A stretch of 64,000 nucleotides of DNA from Candidatus Latescibacterota bacterium (GCA_965205485.1 OZ242180.1:3072001-3136000), one strand, 5' to 3'. Shown: positions 9,684 to 19,564, counted from the stretch's first letter. Numbers and translations: made by a program. The notes: generated by a model not told the origin, from the sequence alone.

Positions 9684-11354
9684 TCAATTCGGCTCTTCCT
9701 TTTCTATCACCTTCAACTCGTCGGCGATCTCATCCATCAGAAGGACGAGGTCGACGACGTCGTGGCTGGTTATGGTACCCAGGAACTCTTCAGAGTCCTT
9801 TTCCAGTACCGGAATGACCGACAGCGAATGCCGCGACATCTGCTGAAGAACGTCTACGATGGGCTCGTCCGGTTCGGCATGCGGCGGCTCAGGTCGCAAC
9901 ACATCCCGGAGAGGCGTTTGCCCCCAGGATCCCATCGGGACGGACGTCAGCCGCGCCGGCGACACGACTCCTGCTACTGCGCCTTCGTCGACCACGACGT
10001 AGTCCTGCTGATCCGGCACGATCCATTCATCGGCAAAGCTCCTGATCGAAAGTGACGCTTCCGGATACGTACGCGAGGGGTCCAGCACGTGGCCGGCCGT
10101 AATGTCGTCGAGGGCGCGGCGCGCGAATGACACAGGTACAACGCTTGGCATCGTCGGGCGGTGGGTCAGGCGGGCTCTGTTGACGGCGGTGGAAATGGCT
10201 TGCGGCATCAGCACGATATAGCCGAACATGGCGAGTACGATCAGCGAGAAAACGTCCTGTCCGATCACGCCGTTTTCCAGCAGGACCAGCAAGAGCGCGA
10301 TTTCGGCGACCCCTTTGGCCATCAGTCCGGCCGCCTGCGCGTAGGGTTTGTCGAGTCGCGCCAGGTAGGCGCCGATGAGGGCGCCCGCAAACTTGCCCGC
10401 CGAAGGAATGGTCAGCACCGCGATAATGGTTGCAAGTGGAAGCGACAGAAAGGAAAAGTCAAGTCGCAAGCCTGCGGAGGCAAAGAAGAGCGGGACGAAC
10501 AGACCCTCCGCCGCGCTTCGAATGCCGGGCATAACGTCGTTGTGCACCTGACGCGGCAGGCCCGAAAGGGCCGCGCCGAAGAGGAGAGCTCCGAGGGACC
10601 CGTGAAGGCCCATTTCTTCGGCCCCGACGACCACCAGAAAAAGGCCGCCGATCAGCAGTCCGAACGATAGCTCGGGGACGTTGAAGATGCGTTTCAGAAA
10701 GAGAATTGTCGGAGGCATGACCCTGGCGGAAAGAATCCACGCGACCACTGCGAACGCCGCGACCTCCGCAATCAGAATGACCACGCCGAAGGCCCCCCAG
10801 AGATGGTCGGGCGCGGCAATGGTGTGTTCGCCGATGCTGAATCCCACAACCAGCAGTGTGATCATCTCGGCAATGATAACGGTGGTGAATATCTCCAGAC
10901 CGAGGGGTTCTTTAAGGTATCCCTTGTCTGCGAGCACCTTCGCTACAAGCCCCAGGCTCGACATGGACAGGATGCCGGCGAGCGCCAGCGCATCCCTGAA
11001 GGGGAGTTTGAGGGCGAATTTCACGCCAAAGAGGTCGGATGTGACCACCATGGCGGCAACCATCGAGATCACGACTGACAGGATAGCGGCATAAAAAAAA
11101 CGCCCCCGGATGGTTGCTACAAAGCCGGGGATGTCTATCTCGTCGAGGCCGACCAGGAAGAAGAGGATGAAGACGCCGATGCCCAGGAAGACCTGAAGTT
11201 TGCTCGTGGGCTCAACGATTCCCGCGACGGGGCCGAGGAGAATCCCGGCCGCCGTGTAGGCGACAATCGAACTCAGGCCAATCCGGTCGAGGAGGCACTC
11301 TAGGAGTTTGGCTACGACAATGAGCAACCCGATCGGCAGCAGGTCTTCGATCAT
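9684..11354 (-). CDS. Cation:proton antiporter (CPA2) with C-terminal CBS pair
   Basis: About 12 TM segments, FVPLFFASAGL, KGVAEIAL, CBS-like C-terminus. Start placed at MIEDLL. Confidence 0.85.
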   Translation of the reverse strand: MIEDLLPIGLLIVVAKLLECLLDRIGLSSIVAYTAAGILLGPVAGIVEPTSKLQVFLGIGVFILFFLVGLDEIDIPGFVATIRGRFFYAAILSVVISMVAAMVVTSDLFGVKFALKLPFRDALALAGILSMSSLGLVAKVLADKGYLKEPLGLEIFTTVIIAEMITLLVVGFSIGEHTIAAPDHLWGAFGVVILIAEVAAFAVVAWILSARVMPPTILFLKRIFNVPELSFGLLIGGLFLVVVGAEEMGLHGSLGALLFGAALSGLPRQVHNDVMPGIRSAAEGLFVPLFFASAGLRLDFSFLSLPLATIIAVLTIPSAGKFAGALIGAYLARLDKPYAQAAGLMAKGVAEIALLLVLLENGVIGQDVFSLIVLAMFGYIVLMPQAISTAVNRARLTHRPTMPSVVPVSFARRALDDITAGHVLDPSRTYPEASLSIRSFADEWIVPDQQDYVVVDEGAVAGVVSPARLTSVPMGSWGQTPLRDVLRPEPPHAEPDEPIVDVLQQMSRHSLSVIPVLEKDSEEFLGTITSHDVVDLVLLMDEIADELKVIEKEEPN

Positions 11355-11551
11355 GGTCGGCCTTTCAGTTTCTCGGGAGATTCGGGGGGACCGACTGATA
11401 CCGGAACACAACCGATCTCTGGCCGTCAATAATGCCGATGCCCTGAAAGCCTTCCAGAGAACCCGGTATGGTTACGTTGTCATCTCCACCCGTGGTGCCG
11501 CTTCAGCCAACATCGCCTGCTCTCGTGAAGCGGTCCCGGACCAACCCGTAT

Positions 11552-11896
11552 CTATCCTCCAACTGCTGCCAGCGCTTCGGATCTGGAGGCGTAAACCGGA
11601 ATAATCTTATCGAATCCGCTGATCTCGAAGACCTCCCTGATTGGATCAGAGAGCGAGCAGACGACGAATTCCTTGTCCTGCTTTCGAAGCGTCCTGGCGG
11701 TCAGCAGGATGACCCGAAGGCCCGCACTGCTTATGTAGGAAAGGCCTTCGAAATCCACGATCACCGCTTGACCGTCTTCGTGCTGGGTGATTGCGGAATC
11801 GAGCGCTTCCTCGAACTCACGGGCATTGGACCCGTCGACGCGACCCTCAGCTTTCGCGATTAAGGTTCCGTTGTCCCGTTCGGTGTTAACCTCCAT
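11552..11896 (-). CDS. STAS-domain anti-sigma factor antagonist (RsbV/SpoIIAA-like)
   Basis: GRVDGSNA, YISSAGLR (phosphorylatable Ser), EVFEISGFDKI; RBS AAGGAG. Confidence 0.93.
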   Translation of the reverse strand: MEVNTERDNGTLIAKAEGRVDGSNAREFEEALDSAITQHEDGQAVIVDFEGLSYISSAGLRVILLTARTLRKQDKEFVVCSLSDPIREVFEISGFDKIIPVYASRSEALAAVGG

Positions 11897-12483
11897 CGAC
11901 CGATCTCCTTATTTGTTGTGATCCGACCTGTCGGTTACAACATATCAGATTTCATTGACGGATGTGCGCCGAAACGTTTAGATAACAGGATTCTTTCGAT
12001 ATGTCAAGTATTTTGTTCGGGATTCCCGCGCAAGGGCTAAGGGAGATGGGAGCGCGAGCATCGATTGTGCGGGCCGTACCGTTAGCCGGTTTTTCCGCCG
12101 AGATTGACGCCAGGGGCCAGTCCTGTTGGAGCTCTGACGCAGGAGTCGTACAACGCTGTTGACCCACACATCTGCAGCATACGGGGTCATACGTGGAGAC
12201 AGACGCGATTCTGCAGGAGCGTCTGTGGGTGGCGGTATGTCCCTGTCGACGTGCCCCTGCGACCGGACCGGCTCATTCCATGGACCGTGTCATCCTGATC
12301 CGTCAGGGTCAGGTCAGAAACAAATTACCGGCTCGCGAGTCTTAGAATATGGCTGGATACGCCAGATCTGTTTTTGAACTTCGTTGCGTTTGAGCCGAAT
12401 CACGAAATACCCACGGAAGGATGTTTCGGCGATGTCGGTGCCGGCGGTTTTCACCGGAGTCACTCAATCAAAGGGGGTCCGCG

Positions 12484-13458
12484 ATGTTTGGTCGAGTTCG
12501 CAGTGTGTTTGTGTTGGCGATGGTCGCAGGTACGATATCGGGCTGCGGCGGTGATCGGGTTACCACCTCGATGGTACCCGAAGCTGACAGGCCGGTAGAA
12601 GAAGCCCTGGTCAATTCCGGACAGCGGAATTCAGGGATGCCATTGGGCAAGCTTGCGGTGGCCGGGAAGATGGAACAGGCCGCAATTGTTGCACTCGTGC
12701 TGCGAGACGGCGCGCCACTTTCCGGCGTGACTGTTGAAATCTCGCGTTCCGTCTCGGGCGCGCCTGCTGATTTCGCGTGGTCCGGCTCAACCGATGCGCA
12801 GGGTGAAGCGCGCATTACGATCGGGTCGGACAACGTGAACGGCTATTACCGCGCACGTGTGGTTCAGGACGGGACCTTGCTGGGTTCCTGGTCGAGCATT
12901 CCTGTAAATGGCGGATACGCAGTCAGCGTTGAACTGCCCATTGGGGGGAAGGCGCGCATGACGGGTTCCGCCCTGCTCTCGTCACCAGATATTGTCGGAA
13001 CCTGGGCATACGTCGGAACCGACATGGTCGCGACAATCAGCAGGAATCTGGTTGCCGCCATCCTGGAGCAGGGGATCGTCGATAGCACGATTGCGGTAGC
13101 CATCGTCAAGGAGTTCACCGGCGAAATGGAGACGAGCTTGCGCGACAGCGTCTGGTCTCCGGGCCGCCGTTTCCATGCCGACGGCACCTTTGAAGATCAG
13201 GACAGCACGGGCACGTGGTCTGTTACGGGTACCTGGTCGGCGATGGGAAACACGCTGACGATCATCGAGGAAGACGGTCTGGTCCTGGAAGGCTCGGTTG
13301 ACGTGGACGGCGACAGATTGACGCTGACGTTCACCAGGGAGCAATATATGAGCATCGTGTTGCAGGCGGCCGGGGAGTTGAACGAGGAGGACCGGGAATT
13401 CTTCGATGCCATGCTCAGAGAGGATGATGTGATCCGGTTCTTCTTCGAAGCGCGGTAG
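12484..13458 (+). CDS. Lipoprotein: same N-terminal module + lipocalin-like beta domain
   Basis: Lipobox ISGC; DIVGTW...FHADGTF...GTWS...GNTLTI pattern. Confidence 0.75.
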   Translation: MFGRVRSVFVLAMVAGTISGCGGDRVTTSMVPEADRPVEEALVNSGQRNSGMPLGKLAVAGKMEQAAIVALVLRDGAPLSGVTVEISRSVSGAPADFAWSGSTDAQGEARITIGSDNVNGYYRARVVQDGTLLGSWSSIPVNGGYAVSVELPIGGKARMTGSALLSSPDIVGTWAYVGTDMVATISRNLVAAILEQGIVDSTIAVAIVKEFTGEMETSLRDSVWSPGRRFHADGTFEDQDSTGTWSVTGTWSAMGNTLTIIEEDGLVLEGSVDVDGDRLTLTFTREQYMSIVLQAAGELNEEDREFFDAMLREDDVIRFFFEAR

Positions 13459-13511
13459 CCGCTGTTCCAGTTTCGCAAATCGGGGAGTCGGAAGCGTCGA
13501 TTTCCGTAAAC

Positions 13512-13548
13512 AAAACCCGCCGTCGGGGAGGATCGACGGCGGGTTTTT
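13512..13548. terminator. Bidirectional rho-independent terminator
   Basis: AAAACCCGCCGTCG-loop-CGACGGCGGGTTTTT between convergent genes. Confidence 0.85.
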
Positions 13549-13589
13549 GAGAGACGACCGGGCGATCTTGAAGGGGGCTCTCCGGAAAC

Positions 13590-14642
13590 CTAGCCGCTCC
13601 TGCCCTTTCGGCCGTGTCCGCGGCCCTTTCCTGATCGCTTCCGTCCCCCGGATTTCATTTCGTCCAGCTTCGCCTTTTGTTCATCCGTGAGGACCGCGTT
13701 GAAGTCGTCTTGAAAGACTTCTTTCAAATTATCCAGTATTTCCCGGAGACCGGAACGGTCGCCCGAATCTTTGGCGGTTTCTATCGCAGCCCCAATGTCG
13801 GCCTGGTAGGCGTCGTACAGTTTGTTCAGGTTCTCGACCTGTTCGTCGCTCAGGCCCAGCGAATCGGTCAGCGTGTTAATATATCGTTCCCATCCGCTCT
13901 CCTTCCTGCGAGCGGCCGCATTGGCCTTGATTTCCGCGAGTCTGGCCCGTTGTTCGTCCGTGAGGACGTCGTTGAAGCCGTCTTCGAATCCCTGCCTTAA
14001 CTCCTTCAACTTCGTCCTGAGCCCTGAACGATCGCCCGACTCCCTGGCGTCATCCATGGCGGCTTTAACGACGGCCTGGTAATCTTCATACAATTCATTG
14101 AGGTCCGCGACCTGCTGATCGCTCAGGCCAAGGGAATCCGTCATCGCAGCGATATAATTCTCCCAACCTCTGTCCTTCCTGCGGGCGGCGGCATTGGCCC
14201 TGATTTCCTCGAGTCTGGTCTGTTGCTCGTCGGTGAGGACGGCGCTGAAGTCATTTTCGAATTCATCTTTCAAGTCCTTCAGCTTCTCACGGAGACCGGA
14301 GCGATTGCCCGACGTTCCGGCGCTGTCGATCAGCGCCTTGACGCTCGCCTGGTAGTCTTCATAGAGTTCGTTCAGATCCTCAATCTGTTCGTCACTTAGA
14401 CCCAGCGAGTCGGTCAGCGCGGCAATTCGACGATCCCACCCCTTGTGGTGACCGCGGTCCGATCTGCTGGAGCGGTCGTTCTCAAGTTTGGATTCTATCT
14501 CGTCCGTGGATGCCTTTGAGGCCTGTGATGCGCTTTCGGTGGATCCGTCCCCGGTTGGAGACTCGACGGGAATCCTGTTTCCGCACCCGAGGAGTGTGAC
14601 GGAAACAATGACGGCCGCGATGGCAAATCTGCGAAAAGACAT
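13590..14642 (-). CDS. Lipoprotein with three tandem ~91-aa Spy/CpxP-like helical repeats
   Basis: Lipobox LLGC; three copies of GW...TDSLGLSDxQ...VLTDEQ. Confidence 0.8.
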   Translation of the reverse strand: MSFRRFAIAAVIVSVTLLGCGNRIPVESPTGDGSTESASQASKASTDEIESKLENDRSSRSDRGHHKGWDRRIAALTDSLGLSDEQIEDLNELYEDYQASVKALIDSAGTSGNRSGLREKLKDLKDEFENDFSAVLTDEQQTRLEEIRANAAARRKDRGWENYIAAMTDSLGLSDQQVADLNELYEDYQAVVKAAMDDARESGDRSGLRTKLKELRQGFEDGFNDVLTDEQRARLAEIKANAAARRKESGWERYINTLTDSLGLSDEQVENLNKLYDAYQADIGAAIETAKDSGDRSGLREILDNLKEVFQDDFNAVLTDEQKAKLDEMKSGGRKRSGKGRGHGRKGRSG

Positions 14643-14673
14643 TTACGAAACCTTTCTTTCCCGGCTCGTTCCC

Positions 14674-15192
14674 TCAGATCGAAGACGGTTGTACTTCGCC
14701 GCGTTCCGGAGCTGGATGTCCCATCCCCTTCAAGCCCTTCCGGTAGCCACCCCTACGCCACATCTTGCCGCATCGTCCTTTTGATCGATCTCTGCGCATT
14801 TCTCGAAGCTTGTTTCGCTGCTCCGGGGTCAGGACGCTGTTGACGTTGAGCCTGTGGTTGACCCTGCTCTCCAGAATCAGGGATCGTGCGTTGTTTACAG
14901 CGGCAACCCGCGCTTTGACTTCAGCAGGATCGGGGTTGTCCAGCCGCATTGCCGCGCGAAGATCCAGCCTGGCCACCTTGAGGTCGGCGCGCAACTGCGC
15001 CATCTTCTTGGCCCGCTCCAGGTTCAGATTTTCCAGCTTCGTCCGCTGTTCCTTCGAGAGTTCAAGGGCCGCCATTGGCGCCCTACGGGCTTTCTTCCAG
15101 CCGCGCTTACCGCGATGCGCGTCTGATGGCAGAGCCCAGGCGACGGCAATAATGGGAATGACGACGGCAACAATGAGGGCCAGACGTTTCAT
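14674..15192 (-). CDS. Spy/CpxP (LTxxQ) family periplasmic protein
   Basis: Signal peptide; LELSKEQ and VLTPEQR motifs. Confidence 0.82.
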   Translation of the reverse strand: MKRLALIVAVVIPIIAVAWALPSDAHRGKRGWKKARRAPMAALELSKEQRTKLENLNLERAKKMAQLRADLKVARLDLRAAMRLDNPDPAEVKARVAAVNNARSLILESRVNHRLNVNSVLTPEQRNKLREMRRDRSKGRCGKMWRRGGYRKGLKGMGHPAPERGEVQPSSI

Positions 15193-15249
15193 GGTAATTC
15201 TCCTTTCGGTTTCCCCGGCTTGAGGTCGTTACGCAAGAAGCTTTACACC

Positions 15250-15278
15250 TTGGACAGATGGTTTCTTCGGTGCGTTCC
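15250..15278 (-). promoter_or_regulatory. sigmaE-type ECF promoter
   Basis: GGAACGC-N14-CTGTCCAA; same spacing as the copy upstream of the sigma gene. Confidence 0.7.
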
Positions 15279-15287
15279 AGGATGGGT

Positions 15288-16148
15288 TCAAAAATCCAAC
15301 GCCCTGCCGGCGGGCCTGCGCCTGAACTGGCGTTCCCATCGCATGCGCCGCTCGATACTCTCGGTGATATTATCGAATTTCCTGACCTGATCTTTTCGAA
15401 GCATAGGCTTGATTTCCGACCAGGTTCTTACTGTTAAGGACGCAAGTCGCTCGTCGCGCTCCTGAAAAAGCAGACGCGTTGCCTCGCGGCTTTCTTTCCT
15501 GATATGTTGCATTTGCGCTCGCTGCTCGCCGGAAAGATCCAGGTCCCAACCTCCATTGGTCCGTTTCCGCTGTTCGGGCGTGAGCAGGTCCTTCTGCCTG
15601 GCGCGCGTGTTTTTATGTATCGCCTTCAGCTCCTCCCGTATTTCCCGGCGCAGCTTTCTCACTTCCGCCCAGTTTTTCCTTAGAACGCGCGAGACTTCGG
15701 CCTGTTGATCCTCACTGAGTACTAGACGTCTTCTGAACTGCCGAAGGATGATGTCCGGGGATACGGGGCTGGTTAACTCGTCGAACGTCTCCTGCTGATC
15801 CGGTGTGAGGACGCCGCGAATCTTGGCCCAGGCGCCCCGCCTCACCGTCTCGATCTTCGAGCCGATATTCTGCCGCACCTCCACCATCAGCTCCCGGCTT
15901 TGATCCAGAATCTGGTCGATTTCCGCCTGCTGCGCTTCGGTCAGGTCGAGATGCCGGGAATATCGCTTAATCAGACGTTCCGACGTTGCGCCCATGCGAG
16001 GGGTACGGCGGGGTTCCCGAGGCGCCCGGATCCGCTTGTCGCCGTCGGCGGGAAGCCAGAGATGGTCGTTTGCGCCCAGTACAATACCGACGACGAAAAT
16101 GCCCAGCGCCAGCAGAACCGCCTTGATCCGTGTTGCGTTTTCGGACAT
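15288..16148 (-). CDS. Membrane-anchored or exported protein with multiple LTxxQ repeats
   Basis: N-terminal hydrophobic segment; LTEAQ, LTPDQ, LSEDQ, LTPEQ, LSGEQ. Confidence 0.72.
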   Translation of the reverse strand: MSENATRIKAVLLALGIFVVGIVLGANDHLWLPADGDKRIRAPREPRRTPRMGATSERLIKRYSRHLDLTEAQQAEIDQILDQSRELMVEVRQNIGSKIETVRRGAWAKIRGVLTPDQQETFDELTSPVSPDIILRQFRRRLVLSEDQQAEVSRVLRKNWAEVRKLRREIREELKAIHKNTRARQKDLLTPEQRKRTNGGWDLDLSGEQRAQMQHIRKESREATRLLFQERDERLASLTVRTWSEIKPMLRKDQVRKFDNITESIERRMRWERQFRRRPAGRALDF

Positions 16149-16151
16149 GGC

Positions 16152-16592
16152 CTACCTCGATTGCAGGATTTGAAGGACGTCGCCGGAGAGTTCGGCGTCG
16201 CTGAGCATTTGGGCCTCCTGTTCATCCCACTGGGCATTCAGATAGTCTTCCAGCGTAAGCGCCGGCGCGTCGGTGGTGAGATTTCCGACGACGGCCAGAA
16301 GCACGACCGCGGCGGCAAGAACTGGAAGAAACCGCTTGCCGACCCACTCAAACTGTTTCCAGGGCCCCACCGCGTCTTCGAGGACAATTCGTGGTGCGAT
16401 GCTGCGCCAGAGCCCGGGCGACGCGGATACCGGTCTGGCGGCGATCAGGCTTTGAATGCGCCTGAGGTATTCCAGTTCCTCGCGACAAGCGGGCGAGACT
16501 GCGAGGCGCGCCTCGACCTCGCGCATCTGTTCGACCGGCAAGGCGGATTCCAGATAAGCGGGCAAAAGGTCCTTGACTTCCGAGTCTGTCAT
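16152..16592 (-). CDS. Anti-sigma factor, degenerate zf-HC2-like N-terminus + TM helix
   Basis: EVKDLLPAYLESAL...EVEARLAVSPACREEL; ATGA overlap with the sigma gene; one TM. Confidence 0.8.
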   Translation of the reverse strand: MTDSEVKDLLPAYLESALPVEQMREVEARLAVSPACREELEYLRRIQSLIAARPVSASPGLWRSIAPRIVLEDAVGPWKQFEWVGKRFLPVLAAAVVLLAVVGNLTTDAPALTLEDYLNAQWDEQEAQMLSDAELSGDVLQILQSR

Positions 16593-17179
16593 GGCGACGT
16601 CCCCTCTTTCCACTCGTTGTACAGGGGCCGCAAGAGGTCCCTGAGACGGGCCCGGGCCCGGGAGAGGCGGGATTTGATCGTACCGACCGAACAATTCAGC
16701 GTTTCTGAAATCTCTTCCTGTGACATTCCTTCGATGTCTTTCAGCACGATAACCAGCCGGTGGTCGGGCGAGAGGCGACCCAGAACTTCCCGGATGCTTT
16801 CCTGGAGTCGCAATCGTTCGAAATCGTTGTGGGGCGTGCGGCGTTCCCAAAGTTGTTCCGGCGTGAAATGTCGCGATTCCAGCAGGTCGTCGAGCGAGGT
16901 CGTATCCCGCCGTCGCTTTTCTTTCTGGGCTGCGTTGAGACACACGTTGACGGCAATCCTGTAGATCCACGTGTAGAAGCCGGCGTCGGCGCGGAATCCG
17001 GGGAGCGCCTGGTATGCTCTGATGAAGGCGGTCTGCGCGGCATCACGTGCGGCCTCCCTGTCTCCTACGATTGAGCAGGCAAGGTTGTAGATGCGCCCTT
17101 CGTAACGTTCCACAAGCACGCGATATGCCTGATGATCTCCCTCCTGGCAGCGTCTGACCAGATCCAGATCTTCACCCAT
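16589..17179 (-). CDS. ECF RNA polymerase sigma factor (RpoE-like)
   Basis: FYTWIYRIAVN, GMSQEEISETL, VGTIKSRLSRAR. Confidence 0.93.
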   Translation of the reverse strand: MGEDLDLVRRCQEGDHQAYRVLVERYEGRIYNLACSIVGDREAARDAAQTAFIRAYQALPGFRADAGFYTWIYRIAVNVCLNAAQKEKRRRDTTSLDDLLESRHFTPEQLWERRTPHNDFERLRLQESIREVLGRLSPDHRLVIVLKDIEGMSQEEISETLNCSVGTIKSRLSRARARLRDLLRPLYNEWKEGTSP

Positions 17180-17317
17180 TCGGGCTCCCCGAAACACGTC
17201 ATGGATCCAAACCAGCAGTTATCGTGGCTGCGCAGAGCAACCGCCTGTGCCTTGCATAACGGCCCCGAACGGATACGAGGTTGGGCGTTCCGCACGTAAT
17301 TCGACTTTACTAAACGC

Positions 17318-17346
17318 TTAGACAGGCGCGTTGTTGAAGGCGTTCC
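17318..17346 (-). promoter_or_regulatory. sigmaE-type autoregulatory promoter
   Basis: GGAACGC-N14-CTGTCTAA upstream of the ECF gene. Confidence 0.7.
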
Positions 17347-17356
17347 CTCCGGGCAC

Positions 17357-17390
17357 GAAAATCCGGATGTTGCGTCGCAACATCCGGATT
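17357..17390 (-). terminator. Terminator after ilvB
   Basis: Perfect inverted repeat AATCCGGATGTTGCG-T-CGCAACATCCGGATT with a short T run on the minus strand. Confidence 0.75.
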
Positions 17391-17410
17391 CTGACAGGTT
17401 GCCCGCGGGT

Positions 17411-19186
17411 CTACTCTGTGATGATGTCCTTAAATGTATGACCCGCCGGGATCATGGGAAGCACATGTTCCTGATAGGGAACAATAACGTCAAGAACGTA
17501 CGGGCCGGGTGTTTCGAGCAGGCGTTGCAGGGCGCCCTCCAGGTCTTTCTTGTGTTCGACGCGCGCGGCCGGAATGCCGAATCCCCTGGCAATATTGACA
17601 AAATCGGGATGGATGCCGCCGTCCGGATCGCCTATGAAGGTGTGGCCGCGGTTGCTTTCATAGAACCTGTCTTCCCATTGAACCACCATACCAAGATGCT
17701 GATTGTTGATTATGATTGTCTTTACCGGCAGTTTCTCCACGTAGAGCGTGGCCAGTTCCTGGACGTTCATCACGAAACTTCCGTCTCCGTCGATGTTCAA
17801 GACCAGGTTGTCAGGTCTGGCCAGTTGCGCGCCAAGAGCCGCGGGAAGACCGAATCCCATCGCGCCCAGCCCGCCCGACGTGAGCCAGTTGCGCGGCTCG
17901 TCGAACAGGTAATATTGGGCGGCCCACATCTGATGCTGTCCAACGCCCGTGGAGACCACGGCTCTACCGCCTGTCATTCGGTACAGCAGGTCGATGGCGT
18001 GCTGAGGCAGGATCGCTTCGTCCGCTTCCTGGTAGGCCAGCGGATGTTTCTGTCTCCAGGTTTCCAGGTCGGCATGCCAGGCGTCGTAATCTCCCGGCAC
18101 CACCCTTTTATTCAGGTCCTCAAGGGCGTATCCGACGTCGCTGACAACCGGAATGTGCGCGGTTTTGTTCTTGTTGATTTCTGATGGGTCGATGTCTATA
18201 TGCACGATTTTGCCGCGTTTGCAGAACTCTTCGAGCTTACCTGTAACGCGGTCGTCGAAACGAACGCCCATAGCCAGCAGCAGGTCCGCGTGGTTGATCG
18301 CGTAGTTGGCGTATACGGTTCCGTGCATGCCGACCATTCTGAGCGAGAGCGGATGGGTTTCCGGAAAAACGCCAAGCCCCATGAGCGTTTGCACCACCGG
18401 AATACCGGTTTTGCGGACAAGCTCCCGGAGTTGCCGGGCGGCGCCGGCGGCCACGATCCCGCCGCCCACATAAAGGACCGGACGTTTGGCTTCCCGTATC
18501 GCACGGACCACGTTCTCGATGGCGTTGCTGTCCGCCCTGATGTGTGGATTGTAGCTGCGAATGGTCACGTCGTCCGGCCAGACCGGCGCATGCATGGCCT
18601 GCTGGACATCCTTGGGTACATCGATCAGAACGGGTCCCGGCCGGCCGGTATTCGCGATGTAGAACGACTCCTTGACAATGCGCGGAATATCCTCGATGCG
18701 GTCTATCAGGAAGTTGTGTTTCGTAATCTGCCTGGTGACCTCGACGATCGGCGTTTCCTGAAAAGCGTCGCCGCCCATCACGTGCGTCGCCACCTGTCCC
18801 GTAATAGCCACCAGAGGAACGGAATCCATCTTCGCATCCGCCAATCCGGTGACGAGATTGGTGGCGCCGGGACCGGATGTGGCCAGACACACGCCAACCC
18901 GGCCCGATGCCTTTGCAAATCCTTCTGCAGCAAAGATTTCACCTTGCTCGTGCCGGCACAGCACGTTTCGGATCCTGGATCGGGTGAGCGCCTGATGGAT
19001 CTCCATGCTCGCGCCGCCGGGATATCCGAAAATGACATCGACGCCCTCACGGACGAGCGCTTCCACGAGGATGTCGGCGCCCTTCATCGGGGATGGGGAA
19101 GGCGGAGACACGTCTCCAAGGCCAACCTGTTGTTCAGGCCGACCGTTGGTTTCGGATATGCGGATTTGCTCGGATTCCTTTGCCAT
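17411..19186 (-). CDS. ilvB: Acetolactate synthase large subunit
   Basis: [41 protein letters not shown] motif. Confidence 0.95.
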   Translation of the reverse strand: MAKESEQIRISETNGRPEQQVGLGDVSPPSPSPMKGADILVEALVREGVDVIFGYPGGASMEIHQALTRSRIRNVLCRHEQGEIFAAEGFAKASGRVGVCLATSGPGATNLVTGLADAKMDSVPLVAITGQVATHVMGGDAFQETPIVEVTRQITKHNFLIDRIEDIPRIVKESFYIANTGRPGPVLIDVPKDVQQAMHAPVWPDDVTIRSYNPHIRADSNAIENVVRAIREAKRPVLYVGGGIVAAGAARQLRELVRKTGIPVVQTLMGLGVFPETHPLSLRMVGMHGTVYANYAINHADLLLAMGVRFDDRVTGKLEEFCKRGKIVHIDIDPSEINKNKTAHIPVVSDVGYALEDLNKRVVPGDYDAWHADLETWRQKHPLAYQEADEAILPQHAIDLLYRMTGGRAVVSTGVGQHQMWAAQYYLFDEPRNWLTSGGLGAMGFGLPAALGAQLARPDNLVLNIDGDGSFVMNVQELATLYVEKLPVKTIIINNQHLGMVVQWEDRFYESNRGHTFIGDPDGGIHPDFVNIARGFGIPAARVEHKKDLEGALQRLLETPGPYVLDVIVPYQEHVLPMIPAGHTFKDIITE

Positions 19187-19235
19187 CTGCAGTGTACTCC
19201 CGAGATTAAGAAGCCGTTCCGCGGTTAATCAATGC

Positions 19236-19264
19236 AATATAAACACGCGCCGGCGATCCGTCAA
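19236..19264 (-). promoter_or_regulatory. Possible sigma70 promoter directly upstream of ilvB
   Basis: TTGACG-N17-TATATT. Confidence 0.5.
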
Positions 19265-19283
19265 ATTCAAGTGGAAAAACCGC

Positions 19284-19317
19284 AAATAAAAACGCCGTCG
19301 ATTCGATATCGACGGCG
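19284..19317 (-). terminator. Leader terminator upstream of ilvB
   Basis: CGCCGTCGAT-loop-ATCGACGGCG followed by TTTTTATTT. Confidence 0.8.
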
Positions 19318-19345
19318 GGCTGAATTCGTGTATATGCCATTCCTG

Positions 19346-19453
19346 TTACGAGCCCTGCCGTCGTGAGGATACCGATACCAAAGAAGCGACACTAAGGTAA
19401 ACGTTACCGTTCACCGGGACCGGTACGGATACAGTGTACAGATTCAAAGCCAC
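19346..19453 (-). CDS. Candidate Val/Leu-rich leader peptide (35 aa)
   Basis: GTG start after AAGGGA; MALNLYTVSVPVPVNGNVYLSVASLVSVSSRRQGS (8 Val, 4 Leu). Confidence 0.45.
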   Translation of the reverse strand: MALNLYTVSVPVPVNGNVYLSVASLVSVSSRRQGS

Positions 19454-19564
19454 GGGATGAATCCCTTCCGAAGGCCGCCGGACCCTGACTCCCCGGCCTT
19501 TTCGAAAAATCCGCTGGAACACGGGAGGCGACGCGGTAACGGATGAACTGTGTCGCCGAAAAAT

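Noticed and set aside
12100..12350. Hairpins and short ORFs in the long intergenic region
   Set aside because: No recognisable motif, RBS or terminator; not distinguishable from chance.
19386..19557. Firm call as 6S RNA or T-box
   Set aside because: The size and rod shape fit 6S, but I could not see its conserved sequence motifs or a T-box UGGN-ACC bulge; left as an unresolved candidate.
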